Positions 48,601 through 61,839 of a stretch of 64,000 nt of DNA are shown here, in pieces; positions within the stretch are counted from its first letter, which is position 1, and each line of letters begins with the position of its first letter. Both the position numbers and the translations under genes were made by a program. The notes under the pieces are model-generated. The model ran no database searches and had not been told where the DNA came from. It was given only the letters and a program-made list of their open reading frames with translations. This DNA is from Takakia lepidozioides (taxonomy: Eukaryota > Plantae > Bryophyta), in the NCBI GenBank assembly GCA_030704615.1, contig CM060734.1:33232001-33296000 (forward strand), written 5' to 3'.

Positions 48601-51600
48601 TGGGTGCGGGGTCTATGGCAAGTCAATGTTCGTAGGGAACGGGAGTACATCCTCTCACACAGGATGAGTGGCTTTGGCATCTGAATGACTGACCTGGGAA
48701 AGGAAAGGATTAATAGGGTTGCATGGTGCCAGATCAAACCTCTCTCCATTGCAGCTGGTGGACCATTGGCCTGACCATCCTGATATTCATACACTGCACG
48801 ACAATTTTGTGTAAGCTAACTGGAACAAGTGATGATTTGGGGGCTAGTATGTTGATTGTGGTGTATATGTATTCAGGTCGTTCTTTCTAGCTTATTACTT
48901 AGCTGGTCACCTGCATCCTAGTTTATTTGTAAGGCATACACAAGTGTCATGTGTATTGGGAACTCAACAGTCTAGTCGTAGACATGATTATGTATTCAGT
49001 CCTGTATCTGTGAATGTATTCTTGTTTCCAGGAAGCCTGGGTTGGCCAGGCTTGGGGATCATGCTGGACTTGGATTTTGTATCTTAGGAGCATAGAACAA
49101 TTAACAGGCTGGAGGGCCATGAAGTTCAACAGTGAAAGCTCTACTGTCTCCTTCGAAGAATGGCTTCAAATGTGCTTAGCTCATGCCCTGAGATGTGGGA
49201 TTGGTGTGTGAAGGTATGCATCAAAGTCATTTGCAGACAACAAGTTTTTGGGAACCAGGATCCGGGAGGATGGCACTGTTGGCGAGTAAAACTCTTGTTC
49301 TTTCCCTCACAGTCTTGTTATTCCTGAATAAATTCTTTCAACTCTGTTCCAAACTCAGAACTGCTTTAATTTCTAATTTTCCCCTACCTTTGTTGGGCTT
49401 AGTCTGAAGTCATGTGATCTCCATCCTCCTCATCATCTTAGATATAGCACACATGGCAGGTGGGATGGAACTTCGAGTTTAGAAGGCCAAACTAAGAGAT
49501 CTACCGACATGTATAGGCCGGCTTTCTGCTTACGTAATCATTACCTTGGAAATGCCTTGCAGTTACAAGTGGATGACATATGGAGAGGCAGGGGCCGCAC
49601 GGACTGCAGTCGGTTCAGGCCTTGTCCAGCATGGCATTCCCAAGGCATGCAACCAGATCACTTTTGCACAATATACTTTGGGATGTTGCCTAGTGCCTGG
49701 CTGACGTATTCCGACTGAGATTTTGAGCACTCAAGAGAAATAGAAGAACAAAATTTCATTAAGGAGAGGAAGAAAGAAACCAAGATATTTATGAAGTCCT
49801 TGGGAGGCCCAAAGGGGGGCCCAAGGGACCCAAGTGGCACAACACCCTAGAACCACAAAAACCAGAGACCAATTCATAGCTCAAGTTTGCCCAAAGGCAA
49901 TGTGCCAATGCAGATAAATGCTAAGCACTTCGGGTCCTCATAGCCAAAGGCCTCTGCTAAGGTCATGAAATCTCTAAACTCACAACAGTGGAGGGCGGGG
50001 AGTTTTGTGGTGGCACAATCAACTTCTTTGTTGGGAGTGAAGGAAAAGATGTGATAAGCCTATATTTGTCAGTTTCTATCCATTGAGAGATTTGGATATG
50101 TTGGATGTTTGGAAACAGGGGGCCAGTGTGGGACTCTACATGATAAACCGTGCTGAGTGGATTATTTCGGAGCTTGCCTGCTCATCATATTCTTATGTCT
50201 CGGTCCCTCTGTATGATACTCTTGGTAAGCATTACACCGTCCCCTAAGCACATTCTTATGTTGAAAGATATCACATATCAGACACTGTCCTGCCAGATTT
50301 TGTCTGACATCTCAAGAACCAGTGAAGTCAAGCAGCTCCACCCTCATAAAAAGCAGTGGGGCATGTAAGACCAACTTAAAATGGTGGAGTTAGTGAAGCG
50401 ATTCACATTATTTAATCATTTAGTTACAGATCACAGAGTTAGGCACCAATTGATTATGCTCTCCTTGAAGTTTAGACAGCAGTTCTCTCAAGTGAATGTT
50501 CGAATAAACAATTTAGTTTTCACCTGTAGAGAAAAAAAAGCGTGGTTTGTCCAATGATAGTTGTCCTTGGAAAGGGTGATGGGGAGTGTCACTCATTTTC
50601 TGCAGGTGTGGATGCTGTGAGGTATATAATCAAACATGCAGAAGTTGCAGCCAACTTTTGCACCCCAGATAAGCTGCAGACTGTGAGTAAGCTTTTCCAA
50701 TTACCAGCTGTCGTATGCGGGAATGCAGCTCAGAAGCCCTTGGTCAGCACGGGTAGCAAGGAAGGCATATTGCTTGGCACTAGATCTATGGCCAGTGTCT
50801 GTCTCTCTGTACCCAGATCTAAGGAGAGAAACTGAAGGTTGGCCCAGTGTGATGGCGTGACATTGTGGGATCTCTCTTCTCTTTCTTTCACTCTTTGTCG
50901 AACCGATTCTTGGCAGAAACTGAAATGCACTGCCTTTGGTTTCTGGGATTGGGTTGGGTTGGGCAGCTTTTGAGTTGTTTGTCCGAGCTGCATTCTGTCC
51001 GGCTTATCGTGGTAAGTTCCTTTGTCATGTACTTTCTGCTATATCCTACCAGGTTCTCTCTTTGCAATCGCTTGTCTGGTTGTGGTGCTGTGAGGTTGAG
51101 GTGGGGTAAGGGTTGGGGTATGGCTGTGAGAGCCCAATGAATGGTGTGGTATGTATTGATCAGGTTGTCGATTTGTGTCTTTGTATATGGGTTAGGTATC
51201 CCCTGTTTTGTTTATCACGTAGTGTTTGTGATATGTCTGGAGGCACAGTGCATGGGTTGATAGCACTGGTAGTGATTCGTTGCTGAATGGTTTTCAGAGT
51301 GTCGCTGGCTTTGATCCAGTTACTAACGGTGGGGTGTTGTGTGCAGTCTTCCATAATTTTAGATAGAGAGAGGATTTTGTCTGCTGCATGTTAGTGAAAA
51401 TGCTATTCATATGTTTCCTGCCCATGGTTGCAAGAAAGCAAGCATATCAAATCATCAGATCTGAAAGTGTTGTTTTTGTAGGTTGTTGGAGCCCCTGAGC
51501 ATCTGGTGCCGTCGCTCCCCCCACAATCTGGGGTTGAGATTTTATCTTTCACACGACTTGAAGCTGAGGTATGCACTGGTGTAGGACTGTTGTCAAACGC

Positions 51601-54600
51601 CTGACTCCTGAGAGTCGGTTTCCCTGACACCAGTTTACAATCTGTAAATTCATGGGGTCACTGCTATGAAAGTTCCTCTAAGAAAGAAAGAGAAATTTTA
51701 TCACTTCTATGGTAAGCTCAGAGAGCTTATCTCAGTGATACTCGTAAATTGTACCCACTATTTGTAACACAGGAACAAAAGCAAGAGGTACAGCAAAATG
51801 CCCAATGTACAAGCTGGGGCTGGGTCATTACCTTTGGATTGCCCCGTGTCTGAGGTGCTGGCGTGCTATGTTGAAATGACGGCACTGTTCATGCTGTTTG
51901 GTGGTGGGTACAGTCACCGCCATAGCTGGTCTATTTTGGCCAATGGAAACCCTTTTCACTCTTCCTTTTTGTCTGGCAAATTCTGGGTTAGCTGGTGTAG
52001 TGGAATCCCAAGCCTCAGGGCTCTGAGTTGGTAGGTTGGTCTCCATTAGAGCAGAAATCAGCTGTCACAGTCCCTTGCCATTGAAGCTTAGTGCATTTGG
52101 TTTTTGGTTGAACTGTGGTTATCTGTAGGAGTCCCTAGCAAGTGCTATCCCTATTTGTTTCAATCTGACCTTGGATTTAGTCAGAGAAATTCCCTACAGT
52201 ACTTGATCAACACGAATGTTGTCAAGTAGGATAGGAATGTCAAGAGTAGTTGATCAAGGACTTGTCGCTGGTGACGCATTTCTTAGTCAGGAAGTTTGCA
52301 TTTCTTTCCTCTTTCCATGACCCATTCAGCCTTCCGACTATCCAGCAGGTAAACGTTACCTAGAACACTGTTTATCTCGCTTCAACTGGTTGCTTGGCTA
52401 GATCCTTTGGAACGTTTGATATATTTGGATTTGGGTATTCATTTCAGCTCTCTGTTGTTGCCAGGGGGCAGCTGATCTGCAACCCTTTGTGCCACCATAC
52501 CCTCAGGACGTGGCCACCATATGTTATACGAGCGGTACTACTGGAGTTCCAAAGGTACATATTTTACACTTCTCTTACGTTCAACTGTTTGTATCCAAGT
52601 TTTAATCATCCATGTATTTCACAAGTGAGGAGGATGCATGTTCTGGCTCGGAGGTGTCCCATTAGTGCTACATCGTGCTACAATTGTCAGCGTTAGTTTT
52701 ATTCAGTAATTGAGACTAATCTTTCGTTATTTCATTTAGTTTCACTTGCTTTTGAAATTTGTACCAACTGGGTTTATATTTTGACAGCTGGAGCAAATCT
52801 GTGTTGGTGCTGGATGTTCCTTTATGTGCCTTGCCTTCTTTTGTGCAGGGAGCAATGCTTACCCACTACAATTTGATTGCCAACGCTGCTGGAAGTAGCA
52901 TGTGCACCACCCTTTACCCCACAGATGTGTAAGGACACTCATTGCTTGGTTTCCATTCCAGAAATTTTAAATCATTTCAAGTGCCCATGTGTTGACAACA
53001 TCAGCAATCTCTGTCTTCGTGCGATTCGAGTAACCAAGTAGTGAACTGAGTGGTTTGTGGCCAGATTTGGGATCAATTTCAGGTTTCCATTCACTGTGCA
53101 TGTGGCAGGCACATCTCATACTTACCGCTTGCGCATATTTATGAGAGATTGAATGTCGTGGTCATGGAGCACCATGGTGTGGCACAGGGTTTCTATCAAG
53201 GGGTAAAAGAAACGTGCACTTTACTCATTGACATGGATCTGATCCTTGCTTGTAGTTCCTGCACTGATCTTGGGTCACCTTTACTGCAGGTTGTAAAATG
53301 GATAATTTCAAACTTGCTTTGACCTCATTGTTGGAATCACCTTGCAAGATTTCTGGCATACTTTTGGTCAGTTGAAATGGAGTCTGAACCACAAATTAGC
53401 ACCTAGTTCTGTTAAGAATCTCATTTGGAGTATAATATAATGTTATCACGTCAATGGTACACACTACTTTCAAGAGGATAAGGGTTTGATTTTACCTCAA
53501 AGTGTGTGCAAGCAAGTATTTTTTTCTTAAACAGCAAGCTTATTCCTGCTGCACCATGCCAATTTTCTAACAGCTAATTGTATCATAGATCTGACTGCCG
53601 TGGAGTCTTGTAAGTATTCGCAAGCAGCCATGAGAGTCATGTCATAGTGTGGATGGTGTGGGATCAATGACAGGATGTACTGAAGCTGATGGAAGATATG
53701 GAGGCCTTAAAGCCCACACTTTTTGCCAGCGTACCTCGCCTCTATAATCGCATATATGATAAGTAAGTGAGCTGACAAGGAAAAGGTTAAGAGTCCAGTT
53801 GGTTGTTAGTGACACCACATGTCAATTCTGCAGCTATTAAAGGCTGTCTCTCTCCCACCTACCCAATATAGTTGCTATAGCACTGCTAGGCTTAACTGCA
53901 TCCTGCAACTAAGTCGCTCATTGAAATGATACAAGCAAATTAAGAATGTATCCCTTAGAGCTATTGAGCTTTTGTGCTGCGACCTTGCAAGGGACATCTG
54001 GCTGTTAGATAGCCCTGGATAGTCAAATAACAGCAGCGTGTAGGCAGAGTGCTACAGTTCAGACGTTATGTTCCAGGGTTACATGTGTCTACATTTTCAG
54101 ATTTCTGCATGTTTACAGTACTCGTCCCTTTTGATCATTTAATTATATGTGAAACAGGATAACATTCACAGTGAAGTCAGCAGGTGGACTGCGGGAGAGG
54201 CTCTTCAATGTGGCATACAATGCCAAAAAGCAGGCACTTGAGAAAGGTAACTGTTTCCCCCAACTAGAGGTAGCAACAAGCAACCTACCCATCCTTCATT
54301 ACTGGCTTTCAGACAGAGTATACTTAAGTTCATCATGCAGCAATTTTCTGATGCTTGATTTACAGTGCATCAGGGTGTGCAGTAATTTACTTCTCAGCAA
54401 ATTAAATTTATGAGGAGGGCTAAGTTTACTGGAAACCCCAATCCTTCACCAGTCCTTCTGCAAGAAGACAAATGATGCCAACAAGAGCTAGTCTGCTCAT
54501 ATCTGGCTTATGCCTGAAGTGAGATAGTTCTGATTTTGTTGGAATTACCATGTGGATTACAGGTTTTATACTTGTCATCCATCACATTTGGGAAAGGCCA

Positions 54601-57600
54601 ACAAATTTATGAGTGTGTGATCAGCCATGAAGGATTCTCATTCTGGGCTGACGAAGGGACCATGCCATTTGAGCCTTTTTGCTTTCTGGATATGGTAGAA
54701 TTATCTTCAACAATGTTTGACAGATCTCATTCTTAATTTTCAGGGAAGACTCCCTCACCCATCTGGGACCGTCTGGTGTTCAATAAAATACGGGCAGTAC
54801 TAGGGGGCCGGGTGCGGGTCATTTTGTCAGGCGCATCCCCAATTTCTCCGGATGTCCTCGACTTCCTAAAGATGTGGGTAAAGTTAGGCTTATATAACCA
54901 ATAAGCATGATTTCTGGTTCCATTCCTGTTTCTTACATCTTTTGCTTGGGTGTTCTAGGTCAACTATAATTTCTGCTAATTGTTAGTTATGTCAGATAGG
55001 TACTCTTACGTGTGTCCTGTCTTCTCAACACTATAATGGGCAAGTGACATTGCCAAATATGGCACATCTGTTGCAAGATTTGACATTCCTGCAGGTCTTC
55101 TTCTGTTGAACCTTGAATGTTGTTTTGGGCTGCTTGCTGAAGGCCCCACTCCCTTCTTGTATCATACTTTCTTTTTCTTCTGTCGCTTTGAGCTTCCAGT
55201 GGACATTATAAAGTCCCTCTCGTTCCCTTGCCTTTCTGCCTATATGATGTTGAGGCCAGCCCCTTATTCAGCATAGAAGTCCTCATAACTTGGTTAGTGT
55301 CACTGTACTCACTAGGACCTTTCTGGACTTAGTATACTCTGGTTAGTTGAAACCCTCCTGCCAGCTCTGGAAGGGTTGCTAGCTCGCCCTAAGGGTATGT
55401 CTCTGGCAAATGGAATTGTTGATGACAGCATTCTTACATGGAGGGTGGATGCAGATGTTTTGGTGGGCAAGTGTCAGAAGGCTATGGAATGACAGAAACC
55501 TCATGTGTCATTTCGAGCGTTGATGCAGGGGACAACCTCTCTGGCCATGTTGGGGCCCCCAACCCTGCATGCGGTAAGAATGGTTCCTACAACCATCACT
55601 TGGCTTAGCAGAACTCATTTCAGGCCTACGAAGTTAGAATCTCAATAGACATCTCAGGGTATTCTCTCCTGGATGATGAGTTGTCTCCCCACAGTCGCGT
55701 CATGAGGACTCTCACTCTAAGCAGTACAATATGGCATACTAGAAGTTTCTACCTCGTGAGTTCATTGAAAAACATGTATTCCCCTCGATCATATGCTTTG
55801 AATAATAGTGCACAAATTACTGTGCATGATAGTGCACAATGTCTCATTATGTGGTATCCAAGCTGCAGAAGTTAAGCTGATGGACGTCCCAGAGATGGAG
55901 TATACGTCAGATGACAAGCCTTACCCTCGAGGAGAGATCTGCGTACGGGGCCCAATCGTTTTTAAAGGCTACTTCAAAGATGAAGTGCAATCGTCTCTCT
56001 CTCTCTCTCTCTGTCAACACTGGGGCTAGAGCAGCATTGTTGGGGTGTTTTCTATCATGTTTTGTACACAAACCGTTTTTTGAACACCAGTGTGCTGTAA
56101 CTGAATTGTTGTTGGCTGTGAGCAAGTAATTTGGCAATTTCCTGCTGAGGTTCCGTACCCTGGAGGGTATAACTCCTACAGCTGGCTAAAGAATGTTTAT
56201 ATACTGTGCCTTTAAGCAAGTAGACCCATCATTGTCAAGAGGACTGTCAATGAGTGCATCCCCTTCTCATCCTGGGTCCTCCCTCCTTAAAGTACTTCTA
56301 TCTGTGGCCTAGGTTTAGCCTCCATCTTAAACTACCTTTTCACAGTATTGAGGTCATATTTTGGGGGTGCGTGGTTCTTTGTTTAGCCTTGGAATATGAA
56401 AGCTTGAGGGGAGACACGACTGATACATACACAGCACATTGCAGGCGAGAGATTATTGATGCTGAAGGATGGCTGCACACTGGGGACGTGGGGTGTTGGC
56501 TGCCAGGTGGCAGACTTAAGATCATTGACAGGTTGTTACCATTTTAATTTCAGTGCAATTTTATACAAGTAGAGTTGTTCGTTTTAATTTGCAAATCCTT
56601 ATGTTTTCTGACCTTTTCAGCATAGGCTTTACAAGAGGTTCTCCGATTTACTGCCAATAAGTTTCAAAGAAGTGATTGTTGTACAGAATTTTTAGTCCTG
56701 AAATAAGCAAAAATAGCTTGACCTCAATATTACTGATAATCATAGGTGTATTGGTTCCGGCATTTATCAGAAAGAAAAACATATTCAAGCTGGCCCAAGG
56801 GGAGTACATTGCCCCTGAGAAGATTGAGAATGTGTATGTTCGGAGCCGCTTCATCACCCAGTGCTTTATTCATGGTTTGTACCTGTACCTGCGCCGCTTT
56901 TGGCAGCTTAACCTATCTTATTTGATCAACTTTCTGTCTTGTAGTTCTACCCCATGGATGTTAGCAGAAAAAGAACAAAAAGGAACCTCTCCCTTCCTTT
57001 CTCTTCTGCTCCATTCACGGTGATTGAGTGCATGTGCACTTCTAAACAGATGTCACTGACTGCCTGGAGTTAGGGAGGTTTTTCTGACAAATCTCCTCTT
57101 TCTGTACATCAAATTGCTTTCCTTTAGGCTGATTCGGCGCTCAATTCTAGAGCTGTTGTCTGTAGTCACTGAAATCTGGGTGATGTATGTCAGTAGAAAG
57201 ACAAAGCAATAAGCATCACTTAATGCATCCTTGAGGTCCAGTAGCAAACTAAGAAGGGAAAGGAGCTCTCTGGATTGATACCCTAATATTTCTGCTCAAG
57301 CTTCATAGGAGGAAGGGTGATGCTATCACCTAGTCTTACAGTGTACCAATCTTTGGGTAAACAAAGCCAGATCCACATCATTTATTATTTTGTCGATAGT
57401 GGACGGTTTATGGATAATTTTGATGTATGAAGGCTTCATCAATCAGTTGGTGGTTTACTTGTTTCATTGGTGCTTGTACAAATGTGGAAAGCAGGTGACA
57501 GCTTCAACTCCAGTTTGGTATCAATTGCTGTTGTCGACCCAGATACTTTGACAGCGTGGGCCAAGTCTCGGGGGATCAAGGTTCAACCCTATCCTGCCCT

Positions 57601-58535
57601 TTATTGTAGCCAATTATTTTCCAAGTTCATTTGATAATTATCACTCTGGATACTCAAAAAGACATGATCTGACCATGGGAAGTGGTGGGAATGGACAACA
57701 GCATGCGGATAATTTGCAAAAGTTGTGCGAGGATCCAGTTGTACGTGTCGCTGTTCTTGCAGACATGGATGCTGTTGCTCATGAAGCCCAGGTTGACTCT
57801 TATAACTTCATTTCCTCCTTGGGATTCAGAGGAAAATGTGCACTGCCATTATGCCATCCGTAACTCTGTAGCAGTAGATCACTGCCCATTTTGGGCACAG
57901 CAGAAGGGGAGGAGTAAAATCAGGCAGTGATAAGACTGAAAATCATGTCACTACCCTTCAATTGGAAAATCAGGAGAAAGTGTGGCTTAGACTGCCTCTT
58001 AGGCCTGTTTGGCCTACTGCAAGGATGCTCAAGAACTCCAAGTTTGCGGCCACCTCTGCTAATTCTCTGCTTGGGTTGGTTGCAGCTCCGCGGATTTGAA
58101 TATGCCAAGGCAGTCACTTTAGTTGCAGAGCCTTTCTCGATTGAAAATGGCCTTCTTACACCTACTCTCAAGGTTTGTCTGCTGAAGGCCATCCTTTCAC
58201 TTTTAGTCTTACTCCTGGTTGCAGAGATTTGCTTTAGGCAACCAATATTAGATGCAAGCGTACTCAACCATGATGAGGAAAAAGAACTAAAATCCTGTAT
58301 GTTGTTTGAGCAAGCATCCAAGCTTTGTGTCCATATTCTATGATTGACACACTAGATGTAGCTCAATGGTGATGATTTTGCAGATGTTACAAAAATTTGT
58401 TGGTAACTGTATTTCTGATGGGATGGACAGGTGAAAAGGCCTCAGGCAAAAGCGCACTTTGCTAAGGAAATTGTGGACATGTATGCTGAGGTTGCTGCCA
58501 AAGAACAAGTGCATCCATCTCGATCAAGTTTGTAA
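45605..58535 (+). CDS. LACS6/7: Peroxisomal long-chain acyl-CoA synthetase (LACS6/LACS7 type), more than 20 exons
   Basis: Exons traced with splice sites: [12 protein letters not shown] (45605-45683), [139 protein letters not shown]. Ends in SRSSL*. Confidence 0.95.
46200..46430 (-). mobile_element. Non-LTR retrotransposon C-terminal fragment in LACS intron 1
   Basis: [30 protein letters not shown] is a typical motif of the ORF2 C-terminal end of RTE-X/L2-like LINEs. Confidence 0.7.
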
Positions 58536-60121
58536 TGATGTCACCATTCCTGTTGATACTATCCTAAGAGGTTGCTCAATAGGCTGCAAATATATTAGAC
58601 TGCAAAGATGGTGGGTAGTGAAACTGATTATTCTGATGTGGCTGATGCATGCATCTATGTATTCAGTTTGTTCTTTGGTGGCTCTCGATGTAATCAAGGT
58701 ATATAGATTAGAAATTGGCCTTTTCCATATAGGAAGTAAAAATGGGTCTCAGATAGACATTGTTGCAGACTATTCATTTGGCATCTCTGGGTTTGATGGC
58801 CGGTGTACGTCACCCTCGCCTTCGAGCATTGGTGCCTTATGGAAACATTACTTCTTTTCTTTACTCATTGTAACTTGGCTTTTTATCAGATTCAATCACA
58901 GTAAGAAAGAAAGCCTTCAGTAACCCAGCTATGGTCCTTGATGTCGAGAATTTTTTGTCCTTATATCTCAGACTACAATTGGTTTTCACTGTTTCGGATA
59001 TCCTGCAAGACACTGTATATGGATGTACTTCTCCAGCCACTTGCATCCCCTCTTTGTTTTTGGGAAAAAAAGAAGCTATGTAAATGGAAGGAGCAACTCT
59101 CCTTCACTTGAACCACAACGACATTATACTAACTGTAGCTATGGTCAACAGATTTGATTATTCTGAACTAATCAAGAATTACATTAGTTAATCAACCCAC
59201 AAACCTCTGTTCGTGGGTGTTGCTAGAATGACAGAATGCTCTCTAGGACCTCAAAAACAGTTTCTCACAATCGCCAGAGAGGGATTCACTGGAAGTGCTC
59301 TCCTACATAACAAGTCGCTGAGGCTCAACTGAAGAAGCATTTTCATCTGGATAAATTTGGCTACAAACTGGTTTATAGTGCAATGTCACCAAAAATAAAA
59401 ACAAATGGTCCTTCACAATTGCTCTGTCAGTTGTCCTAACCACAATGAACTTCGCCCATGTGGGTTATTCAGGACAGGTTGAGACATTCCTCTCAACCTC
59501 CCTTGCCTCTAAATCTGTTGTTAGCTCCACATCAGCATCTTTTTCTTTCATTTGTCTTTGACAGGTGAGCGGGGCTGATCTTCTCTTCTATACCCTCCCT
59601 TCATACCGGGATAACTTGCTGTAATGTCAAAGCCTTCAGTCTACTGCTTCTAGTTCCACACAGGTTCCTGCCACATGTTTCCATGGAACATCCCCAGACC
59701 AGTTCGCGCCTGTACTTGCCGCTCTTTTCTTCTAGCTGCTTGGAAAATCAATATTACTGATATTATGTCAGCACTTCTCTCTGGAATATGTAAGAAAGAA
59801 CTACTTAGCAGCAACTCCTTTAATTAATGCAGGTTCCAAGAAATCCTTGGTTAAGTGTAAACAGCTCTCCCTATCCCACACACAGACTACAACAAAATGC
59901 AAGGTCGAGCTCCTTCTCATCAATATTCCACGGAAAGCCCCCCAGACTTATGCTATACAAAATCAAATCAAATCCTTCCTTCCAAGCTTGTCGCTGCTTA
60001 CTCTAGCTAAAACTCACCACTTTGACCGCAGAATGATGCGCCATTTTGCCAGGTAACTTCCACTGTGCATGTGGTGAAGGTGTCTACAGGCATCAGAATC
60101 CACGGCTGGCTTCAACATTGC

Positions 60122-61839
60122 CTAAAGGTCCGCAACTCGGACTCCCCTTGCATCTTCCTCTTGCATCTCTTTGACCAATCTTGCCCGCTCTGCTGCCTGC
60201 AATTTCCATTATCATGTCAATATTTGTACTCACTCTCCAAGCACCAAGAACGTCCAAGATATAAAAACTGAGGACAAAGTAAGTAGATGAGAGTAGGGAG
60301 GGAGAAGGGGGAGGCTTATTAACTCCATCTGACTGAATTAGGGAAAATGAAAACATTAACAAAATACATACTTGTCGCATTTTAAGGAGGGTCACATCTT
60401 CATAGGCGCGGTAGCCAGCCCCTATCACTGGCTTCACGCCTTGATATGGCTGTGCTGGCGCTGCAGCACCCTGTTGCCCTGTTTTCAAAGGAGGAGCTCC
60501 TTCTGCAGAGATGACAGGCACCACCAGCAATGGATTGGACATGTCCCCACACAGTGTCTCAGTTGCTGCTATCTGCACCCAGAACCAAACAGACTGACTT
60601 AACACTTACACTGAAAACATCACTGTGCACAGTCCTTGTCTTAATAGCCCACCATACAATAGTTTCTGTGCAACATAGCAATCTCAACTTGGATTGACAA
60701 AGAAGGAATAAGAAGGATGTCACTTACTGCAGCCTGCTTGGAACCCATAACGAGCAGTGCAGAGCTCTTTTTCAGTGACTTCCCTTGGCGGATCACCACA
60801 TCCTCCACACTACCAAACTGCCCAAAAATCTCCTTCAGACGAGCTGCCGAGTAGCCCCCTCCCCCGCCTTCCAGACAGGACCACGACACCTTGATAGTCT
60901 TGGCCAAATCCGATGCTTCCAACCCAGCTGTCTGTGTAAAGACCTCTGTCTTGGGAAGGTTGTTGTCTTGGTGCAGGTGCTTTCCTTGCTTCTGGGCATG
61001 TGCTTTCTGAATCCGTGCAATTTCCGCTTTCAGGCGCCGAGCAACCTGCTCCTCAGCAGCCTTGGCCTGCTGCTCCAACTCGTGAGCACGCTCTCGTTCA
61101 CACAGATCTCGCATCATCTTTTGACGCTTTTCACTCTGCTGCTTTTCATTATTTGAACGCTCTCTGCGTACAAGAAGTAGCTCATCATACACAATACGGG
61201 CCTTCTCGTCCCCAAGAACTTCATAGGCCTTTTGCAGCCTCACAAACTCAGCAGCTGCCAACCAAGGACACACCCATCCATGTCAGTCCACCAGCGTCAA
61301 TTGCAATCCTACGATGCCAAATCACACGCCACCTACAGAATCGTAGATACTTCTATCCATATTGTGGGGTTGGAGACTGTCAGTGTGAAAAGCGTGTGTG
61401 AGAGAAGAAATTCTCCGGCCTGCATAACAATAGCAGGTCTTGAAAACCTTGACAGTCATTGTGAAGGTCAAAGAGGGAGACCAGACATTAAAACCCTAAT
61501 GAACTTTTGGGAAGCAAGCAACTACTCAGACTTCATATGATAATTTGTCTCCCGCCGCACAACTTGACATGAAACGTAGACAGAATTGGAAGTAGGAGTC
61601 AGTGGAGGAGAAGGACCCAAAACACTGAGGTGCACATGAGCAACAGACAGAGACAGTGAAACTAATAACCCACCGGCCACAGGATCATCTCCGCGTTTGT
61701 CAGGATGGCAAAGCAAGGCGCGGGCCCGATATGCTTTTCTGATTCTTGCCTGAGGCACCCCAGGTCCGCCGCCCTCCAGCCCCAGCACTACGTACAGGTC
61801 TTCCTCCATCCCTACATTGAGCCCTGCCCCCCTCTTCAT
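60122..61839 (-). CDS. DNAJC17/Cwf23-like J-domain plus RRM splicing-associated protein; exons 61839 (or 61809)-61674, 61254-60728, 60572-60372, 60196-60122
   Basis: J-domain DLYVVLGL...IRKAYRARALLCHPDKRGDDP..AAEFVRLQKAYEVL.DEKAR..YD, a coiled coil, RRM-like TIKVSW...YSAARLKEIFGQFGSVEDVVI, and the family C-terminus YEDVTLLKMRQAAERARL. Splice phases are consistent. Confidence 0.9.
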
